DNA of 64,000 bases from Hypanus sabinus (taxonomy: Eukaryota). The notes beneath the pieces are model-generated. The model worked only from the letters and a program-made list of their open reading frames with translations. It ran no database searches and was not told where the DNA came from. Shown here one piece after another: positions 1 through 13,394 of this stretch. Both the position numbers and the translations under genes were made by a program. Within the stretch, counting starts at the first letter, position 1. Every line of letters starts with the position of its first letter. The stretch spans positions 124,001 to 188,000 of the forward strand of contig NW_026779229.1 of the NCBI RefSeq assembly GCF_030144855.1, written 5' to 3'.

Positions 1-1920
1 CTTTATATTCCTCGAGCACCTCATTTACATCATGCTGCCTATATTTATTGTAGATATCTCTCTTTTTCCGAAACAAGTTTCCAATATCACTTGATATTGT
101 CTCTCTCAAACTTTTAGCCTTTCCTTTCAACCTAACAGGAACATAAAAATTCTGTATCCTCAAATTTTCACCTTTAAATGACCTCCATTCCTGCATTACA
201 CCCTTCCCATAAAACAAATTGTCCCAATCCACTCCTTCTAAACCCTTTCGCATCTCCTCAAAGTTAACCTTTCTCCAATCAAAAATCTCAACCCAGGGTC
301 CAGACATATCCTTCTCCATAATTATATTGAAACTATTGGTATTGTGCTCACTGGACTCGAAGTGCTCCCCAACACATACCTCCGTCACTTGACCTGTGTC
401 ATACCGTAACAGAAGATGCAACACTGCCCCTTCTCTAGTTGGTTCCTTTATGTATTGCTGGAAAAACCTATACTGCCCACATTTTACAAACTTCAAACCG
501 TCCAGCCCTTTAACAGTATGGGTTTCTCAGCCTATGTGCGGAAAATTAAAATCTCCCACAATCACAAACTTGTGCTTACTACAAATATCTGCCGTCTCCT
601 TACAAATTTGCTCCTCCAATTTTCACTCCTATAAGTGTGACTACACTTTTCTCATTCCTCAATTGCACCCAAATAATTTCCCTAGACGAGCCCTCTAATC
701 TATCCTGCCAGAGCACCACTGTAATATTTTCTCTGACAAACAATGCAGCACCTCCACTCTTGTCCCTCCTATCACACCTTAAGCAACGAATTAGAGAAAC
801 ATTTATTTGCCAATCAAACCCGTCCTGCAACCATGTTTCACTACAACATCATATTTCCAGGTATTACTCCATGCACTAAACTCATCCACCTTTCTTCCAA
901 TGCTCCTAGCATTAAAATAAATGCATTTAAGTAATTATCCACCTCTTACTCTCTGTTTGTCACTAACGATGCATACAACTTTACTAGCTTTTTTTTTTCC
1001 TTCTTCACTGCATCTGTTCCTGCAGTCTGGTTCCCCGCCCCCATTGTATCTCGTTTAAATAGACTGGAGCCTCTCTAGCAAACCTACCTGCAAGAATATC
1101 TGTCCCCGTCCAGTTCAGATTTAAACCGTCCCGCCTGAACAGGTCCCACCTTCCCTGGAAAATTACCCAATTATCTATAACTCCCTCCTGCAACATCTCT
1201 TCAGCCACGTGCTGATCTGCACTATCTTACTATTTCCTAACCCTCCTGCACGCGGCACTGGTAGCAATCCTGAGATTGCTATCCTGGAGGTCCTGTCCTT
1301 TAACTTGGCGCCTAACTGCCTAGACTCACCTTTCAGGACTTCCTCACTCTTCCTAGCCACGTCATTGGTACATACAAGGACCACGACATCCAGATGCTCA
1401 CCCTCCCTCTTGATAATACTGAGAACTCGATCCGAGATATCGCGGACCTTGGTTCCAGGGAGGCAACGGGCCATCCGGAATTCTCGATCTCTTCCACAGA
1501 ACCTCTTATCTGTCACCCTAACTATCCAATCCCCTATCACTACTGCTCTCCTCTGTTCCATCTTTACCTTCTGAACAGAGGGTCCAGTCTCGGTGCCAGA
1601 GACGCGACCACTGCATCTTTTTCCCGGTAGGTCATCCCCACTAACAGTATCCAAAACTGTATTCTTAATGTTGATGGGAACGGCCACGGTGGTTCTCTGC
1701 TCATTCTGACTATATCCCTTCCTTCTCCTGAGTGTCACCCAGCTACCTGCCTCCTGACTTTTAGTGGTGACTATCTTCCTGTAACTGTTGTTTATTTCTG
1801 CCTCTGCCTCACGAAACACCCGAAGTTCATTTAGCTCCAGCTCCAGTTCCCTAACTCGTTTTTTCAGGATCTGCAGCTGGATGCACCTTTTACAGGCGTA
1901 GTCATACAGGTGTAGCATCG
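1..1920 (-). mobile_element. CR1 LINE, 5' portion (ORF1 zinc-finger/coiled-coil/SGNH esterase plus decayed ORF2 endonuclease), running off the window start
   Basis: ORF 1175-1918 has CxxC plus coiled coil (CKRCIQLQILKKRVRELELEL) and esterase motifs AVVIGDWIVR, CLPG, VCTND. Downstream on the minus strand are APE-endonuclease fragments (DRRDKSGGAALFVRENIT, VIVGDFNFP-like) with stops. Confidence 0.9.
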
Positions 1921-3059
1921 CGTGTAGAAACAGTCAAATTTCGATCCCTTTAACCCTGAATCCACATGGCCAGTGTGGAGCCCGTGTTTCCACCTGAAAT
2001 CAACAATAAATGAAACATACAAGACCTCACAAAAGAAAAACACAGCGAGAGCAACGCAAACACCCGGCCTCACCCTTGTCTTCCTTCAAAACCATCGCAG
2101 GCAATTGGAGAATTCAGAATAAAGAACTTCCAAAGCAAAACGCCTCAAGACGTATTCTGAAGAATTTAGGATAGTGAGATATGGAGGGCTGAGGCTCACA
2201 TACACTAACACTTCACAGAATTCCGGAAGGATAGGCAGCCTCCGAATTTCGCATCAGTTCCTAGATATCACATATCGCAAGAAGACACAAATTTTCTGCA
2301 ACACGTATGATAAAAAAAGGTGATAAATTCAATCGCCCACCCAAAACAAACTAAAGAAACGCATGACTCCCATATAGCCATTCATGACCGTCGTATTTTT
2401 CTTTCTCTTTCAATTGAACTCACATATGTCCACACCTCCTGCAATACCTTAAATCCGCAATGCAATCATATTTTAAAAATATGGCAGGAAATGGCAAGAT
2501 CTTATTTGTTCAACCGTTTAACAAACATCTGTAATTGTAATCATAAAACATTTAATGAAGCCTTCCGACTCCAAGACAAAGAGACGCAGAAAGTAACGTA
2601 TCGTCCACCAGTTAATATTCAACACAATTAAAATATGACGTCTTCACAACTCCAAACATCCAACGACTTCCAGGGTTTCCCACGTCCAATTTCTGATTAA
2701 TGATAGGATTCGGATTAAATGAACCCCTTGTTGCATAGTATCGAGGCTAATGATCCCCGTTACCACCGCTGAAGCAACAGATTTGTTCACTGTACGGGGA
2801 TCACTGTCACACACACCTCCAACCCGGAACTATTGTCTTTACCGCCTTACTGAATGAGTGAAGGTGTATTCATCTAGTGTGATACTCCCTTTATCATCTC
2901 ACATCTGCACTTCATTCTTCTCCTGCTATAACCATCCATTTCACTCAGTCTGCATGCTTCAGTGAGTGCAAGGACAGAGGGATCTAACAGTATCAACGAC
3001 TTTCTAGATTGTTCGGTGCAGTGAGACAGTAAAGATCTAACCCAGACGGACAGTCAGAC

Positions 3060-4350
3060 AGCCACAGGAAACCAGAGCACAGAAACAGGGTCTTCAGCCC
3101 GTCAGGCCAGTGAGGAATTATTTACACTGCCTACTCCCATCGACCTCACCCGGACCATGGCCATCCATATCCCTCTCATCCGTGTACTTATCCAATCATC
3201 TCTTAAACGTTGAAATCGGAATCTCAATTAGCACTTGCGTTGGTAGCACTGTCTACACTCTGACCACCCTCTGGATGAAGAAGTTTCCCCTCATGTTTCC
3301 CTTAAACATTTCACATTTCACAATTCACCCATGATCTCCAGTTGTATACTTGCACGGCATCAGTGGAGAAAGACCGCTTGCATTTACACTGTCCATCCGC
3401 CTCATATTGTTGTATACCGCTATCAAATCCCCCTTCAGTCTTCTAACCGCTAGGGGATAAAGTGCTAACATCTGTAATCTTTCCTTCTAATTCAACATGT
3501 CCAGTCCCGGTGGTTGAGCAAAATCGTACACATATTTATTTCCAAATTAGGCCTCAGTAAAGTCGTAAATAGCATCAACATAACATCCCAAATCCTGTAC
3601 TCAGTTCCTTGCTCTATGAAGACCAAAGTGCGAAAAGCTGTTTTTACGACCCTTTATAACTGTGCCGCAATTTCAGTGAATTATGGACCTGCATTCCCAG
3701 ATTCGTTTGTTCTATCGTACTCCTCAGTGCCCTATTTCTCATTGGGTCAGACCAACCCTGACTGGTCCTCTCAAAGTGCAACATCTAGCACTTGTCTGCG
3801 TGAAATCCGATCCTTTTTTTTAAGCCCATTTTTCGCGCTGGTCCAGATCCCTTTTCCGGTACCAGGCTCTGGGACTCTTGCTCGCTGTCAACTACATAGG
3901 TAATGCTGCTGTCATCGGCAGTTTGCTGATCCAGTTAAAGACATCATTATCCACATCGTTAATATAGATGACAAACAACAATCAACGATAACAGCAACGA
4001 TCCGTGCGGCACTTCACTCGTCAGAGGTCCCAAATCAGAGAGACAACCATTTATTACCACACTCTAGTTTCCCCAACGTAGCCAATGGCGAAGGCAATTT
4101 AAAAGTTCATCATGAAAGCCAAGCGACTGAACCTTCTTGGGCATCCTCCCCTACGGAACCTTGAGAAGTTCCTCGCTGAAGTCCCTGTTAGACGGCATCC
4201 ACTGCCTTGCCTTCCACACCATTCCAGGTAACTACCTCGTAAAGCTCTGTGAGATTGGCTAGACACGACCTACTACGCACTGGCCCATCCTAACTATCGC
4301 TAATGTTCCTGTTTGTCCAGATATTTCCCTTCATACCTCATGACCGGCGT
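3060..4350 (-). mobile_element. Old CR1 LINE 3' fragment (decayed RT/3'UTR)
   Basis: Reverse-complement similarity to the CR1 3' ends elsewhere in the window; no intact ORF. Confidence 0.75.
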
Positions 4351-4399
4351 AGTCCTAACACCGAGGGCATCTTATCATTACGTAATGCTTGGCGAGTCC

Positions 4400-6530
4400 C
4401 TTCACAGCAATGCAGGTATTCTTGGGAATAATGCACAAAGTGCAAAATCAGTTCATCCCCAGGAAAAGGAAGGATTCAAAGGCGGGAAAGGAGCGACAGT
4501 GGTTGACAAAGGAAGTCAGAGATTGCAGAGCATTAAAAAAAAAGAAGTATGACAGAGCTAAGGTGAGTGGGAAAGCAGATGATTGGGAATTTTTTAAGGA
4601 ACAACGTAACTGAACTAAAAAGGCAATACGGGGAGAAAAAAATGAGGTACAAACGCAAGCTAGCCAGGAATATAAAGGAGGACATTAAAAGCTTTTCTAG
4701 GTATGTGAAGAGAAAGAAGATAGTTAAGAACAATGTTGGGTCCTTGAAGAATGAATTGGGTGTAACTTTTATGGGAAACAGAGAAATGGCAGAAGAATTT
4801 AACAAGTACTTTAGATCTGTCTTCACGAGGGAAGTCACAAGCAATCTCCCAGATGTATGGATGGGCCAAGGACATAGAGTAACAGAGGAACTGAAACAGA
4901 TTGACATTAGGAAGGAAACGGTGATGAGTAGACTAATGGGACTGAAGGCTAACAAGTCCCCAGCTCCAGATGGTTTGAATCCCAGGGTACTAAAGGAGGT
5001 GGCTCTGGAAATTGCGTATGCATTGGGAATCATTTTCCAATGTTCCTTAGATTCAGGATCAGTTCCTGAGTATTGGCGAATGGCTAATGTTATCCCCCAT
5101 TTTAAGAAAGGAGGGAGGGAGAAAGCAGGGAACTATCGACGTTAGCCTAACATCAGTAGTGGGGAAGATGCTAGAGTCCATTATTAAAGATGAAATAGTG
5201 GCATATCTAGATAGCAGTGACGGGATTAGGCCGAGCCAGCATGGATTTACCAAGGGCAAATCATGCTTGACTAATCTATTGGAGTTTTTGGAGAATGAAA
5301 CCAAGAAGTTAGACAAGGGAGATCTACTGGATGTAGTGTATCTCGATTGTCAGAAGGGATTTGATAAGGTCCCACATAGGAGATTGGTGGGTAAAATCAG
5401 AGTTCATGGCATTGGGGGGAAGATATTGACATGGATAGAAAACTGGTTGGCAGATAGAAAGCAAAGGGTAGCGGTGAATGGGTGTTTCCCGTAATGGCAG
5501 GTGGTGACTAGTGGGGTGCCACAGGGCTCGGTATTGAGACCACAGCTGTTTACAATTTACATCAACGATTTCGATGAAGGCATTGAGAATGACATCAGTA
5601 AGTTTGCTGATGATACTAAGCTGGATGGCAGTGTGACATGCGATGAGGATGTTAGGAGAACTTAGGCAGACTTGGATAGGCTGGGTGAATGGGCAGATAC
5701 TTGGCAGATGACGATTAATGTGAATAAGTGTGAGGTTATCCACTTTGGGAGCAAGAACAGGAAGGCAGATTATTATCTGAACGGTGTAGAGTTAGGTAAG
5801 GGAGAAATACAAAGAAATCTAGGAGTCCTTGTTCATCAGTCACTGAAGGTGAATGAGCAAGTGCAGCAGGCTGTGAAGAAGGCTAATGGAATGTTGGCCT
5901 TTATTGCAAAGAGAATTGAGTACAAGAGCAATGAAATTCTTTTGCATTTGTACAGGGCCCTGGTGAGACCACACCTGGAGTATTGTGTACGGTTTTGGTC
6001 TCCAGGGTTAAGGAAGGACATTCTGGCTGTAGAGGAAGTGCAGCATATATTCACAAGGTTAATTCCTGGGATGTCCGGACTGTCTTACGCAGAGAGGTTA
6101 GAGACACTGGGCTTGTACACGCTGGAATTAAGGAGATTGAGAGGGGATCTGATTGAAACATATACGATTATTAAGGGATTGGAAAAGAAAGAGGCAGGAA
6201 ATATGTTCCAGATGCTGGGAGCTTCCAGTACCAGAGGGCATGGTTTAGGAATAAGGGGTGGGTCATTTAGGACGGAGTTAAAGAAAAACTTCTTCCCCCA
6301 GAGAGTTGTGGAGGTGTGGAATGCACTGCCTCAGAGGGCAGTGGAGGCCAATTCTCTGGATGCTTTCAAGAAGGAGCTAGATAAGTATGTTATGGATAGG
6401 GGAATCAAGGATTATTGGGACAAGGCAGGAACCCGGTATTGATAGTAGATGATCAGCCATGATCTCAGAATGGCGGTGCAGTCTCGAAGGGCCGAATCGT
6501 CTACTTCTGCACATATTGTCTATTGTCTAT
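4400..6530 (+). mobile_element. Relatively young 5'-truncated CR1 LINE ORF2 (RT) with few stops/frameshifts and a (TATTGTC)n tail
   Basis: ORFs 4567-5145, 5087-5494 and 5672-6442 contain KSPAPDGLNPRVLKE, QHGFTKGKSCLTNLLEF, YLDCQKGFDKVPH and LVRPHLEYC. FADDTKL is encoded near 5600. The element ends in tattgtctattgtctat. Confidence 0.95.
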
Positions 6531-7754
6531 AAAGCTATCGAGATCATTCGGCAGTCGGTCCTGATATTTATGTCCTATTGTTTTTTTTATTATTATTTTC
6601 TTGCTGTTTATTATCCGACACATTGAGAGTAGTCTGGAAAAGAAAATCGTCATAGCTTGAAATAATTAATCGACTTACTTAACTGTAGCAAAATACGGTA
6701 CGCTCGATCGAGCACAGAACATAGAATATTACAGCACAGTACACCAGGTTCTGAGAGGCTTTCAAATAATGTAAGTTCGATCTAACACGTCCCCCTGCAT
6801 CTGAATCAGAATCAAAGGTTTCAAAGGTACACTTAAGGAATCAGAACAAATTTAATATCACAGACATACGACGAGAAATTGTTAACTTTACGGTAGCAGT
6901 ACAATGAAATACAGGATAAATAAATATAGAGAAAACAAAACTGAGATACTGATGGCAGCGGGGAAAAAAGCTGTTCCTAAATCGCTGAGCCTAAGCTTTC
7001 AGGTTTCTGTATCTCCTTCCCGATGGTAACACTGTGCAGAGGGCACGTCCTGTAGTGGGCAATGATAATGATGGGCGCCAATGTGACAATAATCATCCCT
7101 TGTAACAATGATCAATGAGATACAGAGAATCTGTATTTACCAACAAGTATCTTTTATTATTTCTACTAAAACCACGCAGAGTTACACACTGTCGCTGACA
7201 GCAACATCGCGGGTGTAGTCGACAGTGATGAATAGTACTGGAGCATGAAACGGAATCTGCACCAGCTGGAAAATGGGTTGAAAACACTTGTCTTAACAAG
7301 TAGCTACTCTTCTGAGCATTGTCTCAGGTTTATTGCTCTGATTAGATTGTCCCAGAGTCAAGAATCAGTTCAGAGTCCACGCACTTCACATAACAAATGG
7401 CGACTTGTTTGAGAATGGTCTCAGGTTTAGCAGATCATTACCTGGAGCTCCCTGTGTCCACATTCAGTTCCTCTGATTAAATTATTCCAGAGCAAGAATC
7501 AGTTCATAGCCCACAAATTTGGGGAAAACAGAGAGAACTGGTTTGCCTGCTTCATTTTCCTTGATCAGTCTGTAGTTTCTTTTGGCCAACAATGTTTTAT
7601 GAGCCATTCAATCTGACACGCCGGTATCTTTCTCGTGACTGCTGTCGTCTGTATGTACAGGGGTGGATGATTGTGTTTTTGCAGAAATGCCGAGTGCTGT
7701 AGGGGTGGAAGGGGTTTACAGAAATACGGTGTGATGTAGGGGTTGGAACGGTTT

Positions 7755-8792
7755 TGTTACGTGCCACGTAACGGGTTAAAAGAATCAGCATAAATGGAAC
7801 ACACCTGGAGTCTGGTATTGTTACAAATAAAACACTGTTCAATAGTATCTACGTAATCTCGTAACATAAAACCAGATAAATCAAACAGGTTAGCAGAGTT
7901 TATGCAAAAGTAAGTGTGTAAATATAAAACCCCAAACTTCTTCAGCTTGGCTGGAAAATGATACAGTCTTACGATGGTATAGGAATGAGGTCAGTTCAGT
8001 TCGTGATATTAAGTTGAGTAGAATTGAGGAGAGAGAGAGAGAGAGAGATGATTTGTTTTCCAAGTAAGCTGACGTCGTCGATCTTTCCGTTGCCTTCCGA
8101 AGTCCTGTTAAAGTTTTGTGATCACACAAAAGAGTACCGCCTTCACGCAGTAAAGCTATCAAAGGTTAAACACATCGATAACATTCCACTGGTCACCCCT
8201 TTCCCAAACTGCGATCAAAACCCAGCCTTTCGTGGGCAATGAAAGTTCATCCAGTGTCTATTTCTTCTGCATTTCTGTCCGTGCCTTCTGTGTGTCTGTC
8301 TGAAAAGCCAGCTGACCTTGAATATATCCCAAACATGCTGAACGACAGCTGCCCATTATATAGCCCCGTCCTTCCGTAACCGTGGNNNNNNNNNNNNNNN
8401 NNNNNNNNNNNNNNNNNNNNNNNNNNNNNNNNNNNNNNNNNNNNNNNNNNNNNNNNNNNNNNNNNNNNNNNNNNNNNNNNNNNNNNNNNNNNNNNNNNNN
8501 NNNNNNNNNNNNNNNNNNNNNNNNNNNNNNNNNNNNNNNNNNNNNNNNNNNNNNNNNNNNNNNNNNNNNNNNNNNNNNNNNNNNNNNNNNNNNNNNNNNN
8601 NNNNNNNNNNNNNNNNNNNNNNNNNNNNNNNNNNNNNNNNNNNNNNNNNNNNNNNNNNNNNNNNNNNNNNNNNNNNNNNNNNNNNNNNNNNNNNNNNNNN
8701 NNNNNNNNNNNNNGCTGCACACCAACTATCTCTTTTTTTAAAGGCACGGTCCATATTGAATACACCTTAGCATCTCGTCACAGTCTCGTCAC
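7755..8792. mobile_element. Probable solo LTR (Gypsy-like) spanning an assembly gap
   Basis: Begins TGTTACG and ends CGTCACA (TG...CA with a short imperfect inverted terminus), with an internal (AG)n tract. No TSD could be confirmed. Confidence 0.45.
8386..8713. other. Assembly gap (N run)
   Basis: Run of N. Confidence 1.
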
Positions 8793-8799
8793 AATCCCA

Positions 8800-9430
8800 A
8801 TTCTGGGATTGAGTTTAAGAGCAAAGAGGCAATGTTGCAGCTATATAGGACCCTGGTCGGATCCCACCTGGAGTACTGTGCTCAGTTACAGTTGCCTCAC
8901 TACAGGAAGGACATGGAAACCATAAACAGGGTGCAGAGGAGATTTACAAGGATTGGGGAATTGTAAAGTTATTCCAATTGTTATTCAAAGTTATTCTGAA
9001 TTGGGGAGCATGACTTACGAGAATAGGTCGAGTGAACTCGGCCTTTTCTCTTTGGAGCAATGGAGGATGAGAGGTCGCCTGATAGAGGTGTACAAGATAA
9101 TGAGAGACATTGATCGTGTGGACTGTCAGAGGCTTTCCGCAGGGCTGAAATGGCTCGCATGAGAGGGCACAGTTTAAGTTGCTTGGAAGTAAGTACAGAG
9201 CAGATGTCAGGGGTATTTTTTTTTTACACAGAGAGAGGTGAGTGCATGGAATAGGCTGCCGGCGGCTGTGTTGGAGGCGGAAACGATACGGTCTGTTAAG
9301 AGCCTCTTGGATGGTTACATGGAGCTTAGAAAAAGAGGGCTATGGGTAAAGCCTAGGTAGTTCTAAGGTCGGGACATGTTCGGCACAGCTCTGTGGGCCG
9401 AGAGCCCATATTGTTTTCTATGTTTCTACT
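8800..9430 (+). mobile_element. CR1 LINE 3' fragment
   Basis: LYRTLVxxHLEYC and LFSLEQWRMRGRLIEVYKIM motifs; short TTTCTA-type tail. Confidence 0.9.
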
Positions 9431-10086
9431 CAGACGACGGTCACTGGGTTTGTCTGACCTTCCTTTAATTTGCACTTAATAGTAAATCCCAAATGCCGAT
9501 TGGCCACTCGTTGATTGGTCACCGATTGCTCTATTGCACTGCCGTGAGATGCCCCTCGGACAATGAGCCTTATTGAAGTCCCCTCCTCTCCAGATTTCCG
9601 ATGTCCAGTTTGGCCACTAGTCAAAGCTACTGGACTTAACTCTCAGTGATGACCGTGTCAATGCCAGCAACATGACACTGGCAACCGAGTACATTGTCTT
9701 AGACAAGACACCTGCCAAATCTAATGCCACTCCCCTTCGCACTACATATGGACTGCTGTCTATGTATGCATATTAATCTGTTGTCCCCACATGTTCATTG
9801 ATCTCTTTCCCTCTCTGCAATGTAAATACTCCAGTTAAAGCCATCTCCTGCGTGTGTGCTTCTATTTGATATGTAGTTACACAGACACTATGCAGGCTGA
9901 CATTTGAGTACAGAAGTGATGACCTAAGTTTCTCTATTCCTCCAACCCTGAGACAATTTCAGATCTAGATTCTTTGTTGTTCTCACAGTTCCAGTCCAAG
10001 AGATGCATCTGTCTCTTTCACATTTTGCAAGGGACATGTAAGCAACGGCAAGGAAAAAATACGCAGATAGAACTGTTACTAAAACA

Positions 10087-10092
10087 TTTATT
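10087..10092 (-). promoter_or_regulatory. Candidate polyadenylation signal of the B3GNT gene
   Basis: AATAAA on the minus strand about 340 nt downstream of the stop codon. Confidence 0.45.
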
Positions 10093-10429
10093 GGTGGCTT
10101 ATTATACAAATGCCCCAAGTGAACATGATGCACCTATCTGCACTCAATGCGACAAGGACTGCTCACTTGGAATAACTTTACAATTGACTTAAATTGTGGT
10201 GCTCCTGTCAATATTGTAATGTCATTATGGGTGCATTAATAATTAGGCTGAGTGATGACACCTGGCGGCTTTTCAAACATTTGTAGAATGTAGAAAGGCA
10301 CCAACTCTATGAATTAATGTATACTCCAATATAATTTAGGAATTAACCTTCTTACATTGCATTAACAACTGATTAACACATGTGCACAAACTGCATTACA
10401 TTCCAACAGTTGCTACATCCTCTCATGAC

Positions 10430-11587
10430 TCATGTGGTCCTCTCCGTGGATGCAGACTTCTGGGGAGAACGAACACATTTCAGATTAGCATTATGCACCG
10501 CATCCCACATCAATAGCAGTTCGAAAGGCCGAAAACGGTGCACTAGCAGCAACTCACGGTAATAGCAAGGATTGAAAGATTCATCTTGGGTTGAAGGAAC
10601 CCTGACTCCAGCTGTCCTGAATCCGCTATGGGAGTGTGGGGCTAGTCCAGCCTTGGCCAGACACATCCCCAAAAATACATCATCAATGGGGAATAGTTCA
10701 AGGGCTTGGGCTATGTGGAAAATGATATGAGCTGTATACACAGACATAAGTATCCCCCCTCCACCAACGTATGGTGGGTACGACTTGATTGTGGTCACTA
10801 TTTCTGGCACATAATACTTGCTCCACTTTTGGCGAATTGGCCCAACCCCATAAATGAGACGGCCCACAAACAGGTGTTGGTGAACCTTCATGCCTAGCAA
10901 GTAATCAACCATGTTATCGGTATTGGCAAAGACATCATCATCTCCATTGAAGATGAACTTAGCACTGGGGCAAAATTCACTGACCCACTGCAGCAACTTG
11001 TATTGTTTGAGGGTGAGATTGAAAAAGGTATCCAAGAAATCCCACTGTAGGACATCTCTGTGTTTTCTGTTTTCCATTGCTAACAACTGATTCAATTTCC
11101 TTCTTTCTTTTTTGTTAGGAGAGACACCCGAGATAAAGACTCTCTTAATTAGGACCCCATTGAATTCGCGTTCTTTGCCCCATGTCTTCCTTACCACTTC
11201 CCGCCGATCCTGGTTGAAAGGGTCAGATTTGATCACCAGGAGCAGGAAGACATTCTGAGATCCTTCTCGACAACCACATTTGTCTGGGACATTTTGAATC
11301 ATGTCAAATTCTCGACAGTGTTTATACATCAAGAATTTTTTTATGTGCTCTTTCTCTTGATGAAATGAGGACAGGTGAAGCAATGTCTTGTTCGCGTGGC
11401 ACTTTGGCTTGAGCACTGATTCAGTTGCATCAGCAGTAACAACCTTGAGTAAATCTTTGCGATGAACAGTTGCTGAAGCATCATCAGTCTCTCGACGTTG
11501 GTCATTATCCCAGAACATGAAGAACAATCCCAGTGTAATCAAAACACCCAACAGTACTTTCTCATAGAATCGCCGATGTCTAATCAT
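10430..11587 (-). CDS. b3gnt3-like: Beta-1,3-N-acetylglucosaminyltransferase (GT31/galactosyl_T family), B3GNT3-like, 385 aa, single coding exon
   Basis: Intact ORF with type II topology (basic RHRR, then TM VLLGVLITLGLFFMFW). GT31 motifs: FLLLVIKS, RREVVRKTWG, WDFLDTFFNLTLKQ, GDDDVF (DxD), YPPYVGGGG, FPIDDVFLGMCL, LLLVHRF. A splice acceptor (ttttctctatttcag) lies 7 nt before the ATG (exon starts at 11594), so a non-coding upstream exon is implied. The exact paralog (3 vs 6/7) is not certain. Confidence 0.95.
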   Translation of the reverse strand: MIRHRRFYEKVLLGVLITLGLFFMFWDNDQRRETDDASATVHRKDLLKVVTADATESVLKPKCHANKTLLHLSSFHQEKEHIKKFLMYKHCREFDMIQNVPDKCGCREGSQNVFLLLVIKSDPFNQDRREVVRKTWGKEREFNGVLIKRVFISGVSPNKKERRKLNQLLAMENRKHRDVLQWDFLDTFFNLTLKQYKLLQWVSEFCPSAKFIFNGDDDVFANTDNMVDYLLGMKVHQHLFVGRLIYGVGPIRQKWSKYYVPEIVTTIKSYPPYVGGGGILMSVYTAHIIFHIAQALELFPIDDVFLGMCLAKAGLAPHSHSGFRTAGVRVPSTQDESFNPCYYRELLLVHRFRPFELLLMWDAVHNANLKCVRSPQKSASTERTT

Positions 11588-11949
11588 CTTTCACCTGAAA
11601 TAGAGAAAATATATGGATTAATTCAAAGAAAACTTTACATTTACATAATGTTTGAGAAGAATGGGAAGTTTAAACTGTAATGAGGTTCACTAATGCTTTG
11701 TAATATTGACCCCAAAATGGTGGTGAGGTAAGGAATAGTCAGAGCCCTGCACGCGGCTGAAAGTTGAAATGACCTGAAGCATTCCATCCCAGCAGAAAAA
11801 CAAATCTACATGTAGGATACCATCTCTGGCATTAAACTGAAAATTGCATAGTTTCTTTCAGGGCATTGAAGATATATGATTCCAAAGGCTTTATTCCACC
11901 TCTCTTCACAGCTGTCATCTCTCATCTCGGGGCTTAAACTGAGCTGGGC

Positions 11950-12340
11950 CAGACATAGAGCAATACAGCACAATGCAGGCATTTTGGCCCATGATGTTGC
12001 ATCAAACTTTTAATCTGCTCCAAGATCAATTTATCCTTACTCTCTCAAATAGCTGTCTATTTTTCTTTCATCCATGTGTCTATCTAAATGCCACTTAAAT
12101 CTCACTGCTGCATCTACCCTTATCACTTCCTAGGCTGTGCATTCCATACAACCACCATTTCTATTTAAAAAATACTATTTCTGACAATCCCCTAAACCAT
12201 TCTCTAATCACCTTAAGATTATGCCCCATCATATTAGTCATTTCTGCCCTGGGAAAATGTTGCTGGCTGTCCAATCTATCTATGCCTCTAATCAGCTTAT
12301 ACGCCTCTATCAAATCACATCTCCTCCCCCTTTCTCCCCA
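11950..12340 (-). mobile_element. Old CR1 3' fragment
   Basis: Decayed reverse-strand match to CR1 3' end/UTR. Confidence 0.65.
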
Positions 12341-13394
12341 TTCAGTTTGAGTTCGCAGGTTACTGATACTGTGGAAGATTATCTATTATTGACCATTGAT
12401 TAGTAACTGAATATATGGCAGTGCAGGGAACGTAACGTGTGAGTACAGCTACTGAAAACATCTGATTTTCAGGGCATTTCAACCTGGTCTATGTATGCCT
12501 ACAATAGGAGAAACAAAAAGAAGTATACTCAAGGACCTTGGCTTCCTGCTTCTATTTGAACCAGAGAATTGTATCCAAAGTTAAATTAGCGGTGGCCCAC
12601 CAACCTGCCATCCATTGGTCAAGCCACTTTATGGAAGGCTGCAACTAAGTCATAACTAGTCCCAATGTCAAGGCTAATTCCACCCAGACATTCAGTAGTT
12701 AGCAATTGTGACAAGACAGCAAAGCAATCGCAAGCCCTTATCTATTGAAGGAAAACGGCACCAGCATCGACTATGGCAGGAATTTACGCTTCATGAAGAG
12801 AAGTGAACCTTGGACTCCAGGAGCCCAGAGAAAGCACAGATAACTGATAGCAGAACAGGGCAGATAGTTAGCATGATCCACAATGTGTATGAAGAAAACC
12901 TTGGATGCCAGGAGCCCTGTAAAGACACCAGTGACTGATAGCAGAACGATGTGTACAAGTAAAACTATTTGCACTGGGTGCAACTTGTGTCACTTTAGAA
13001 TTATGGAATCCTAGAGTAATGCAGTCTAAACAGGGCTTTCGGCTCAACTGGTCCATACCAACCACAGAATCCTCCCTGCTAGTCCCAGTCTAGTAACCCA
13101 GGCCCTATAGTGTAAAAAGCATCCTCGTAAATTTCTTCTGCACCTTCTCCAACTTGACAGCGTCCTTCCTATAACAGGGTAAGCAAAATTGTGCAGAATA
13201 TTCCAAAAGTGGTCTCACCAACAACTTATGTAACTGCAAATAAAACCCCGCCCTTAAACCCAACACCATAACTGATGAAGGCTAGCATGCTAACTGCTTT
13301 TTTTCACCATCCTGCCTTTCAGTGAACTGACGTCAGCGCCTTGCCTTTCATTGTACAAGTTCTACTTCATTTGAATGTCCATCACCTCACATAT

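Noticed and set aside
1175-1918. Host SGNH esterase gene
   Set aside because: It is CR1 ORF1, directly followed by ORF2 remnants, and the catalytic-site Ser motif is altered (GDW).
8247-8765. ORFs full of X (also 23982-24396 and 24873-25557)
   Set aside because: Artefacts of N gaps.
12810-12950. ~45-bp direct repeat (ccaggagccc...actgatagcagaac) upstream of B3GNT
   Set aside because: Only two imperfect copies, with no functional signal attached.
13245-13335. GC box and TGACGTCA (CRE) as the B3GNT promoter
   Set aside because: Short motifs inside a decayed CR1 fragment; no first exon or donor could be tied to them.
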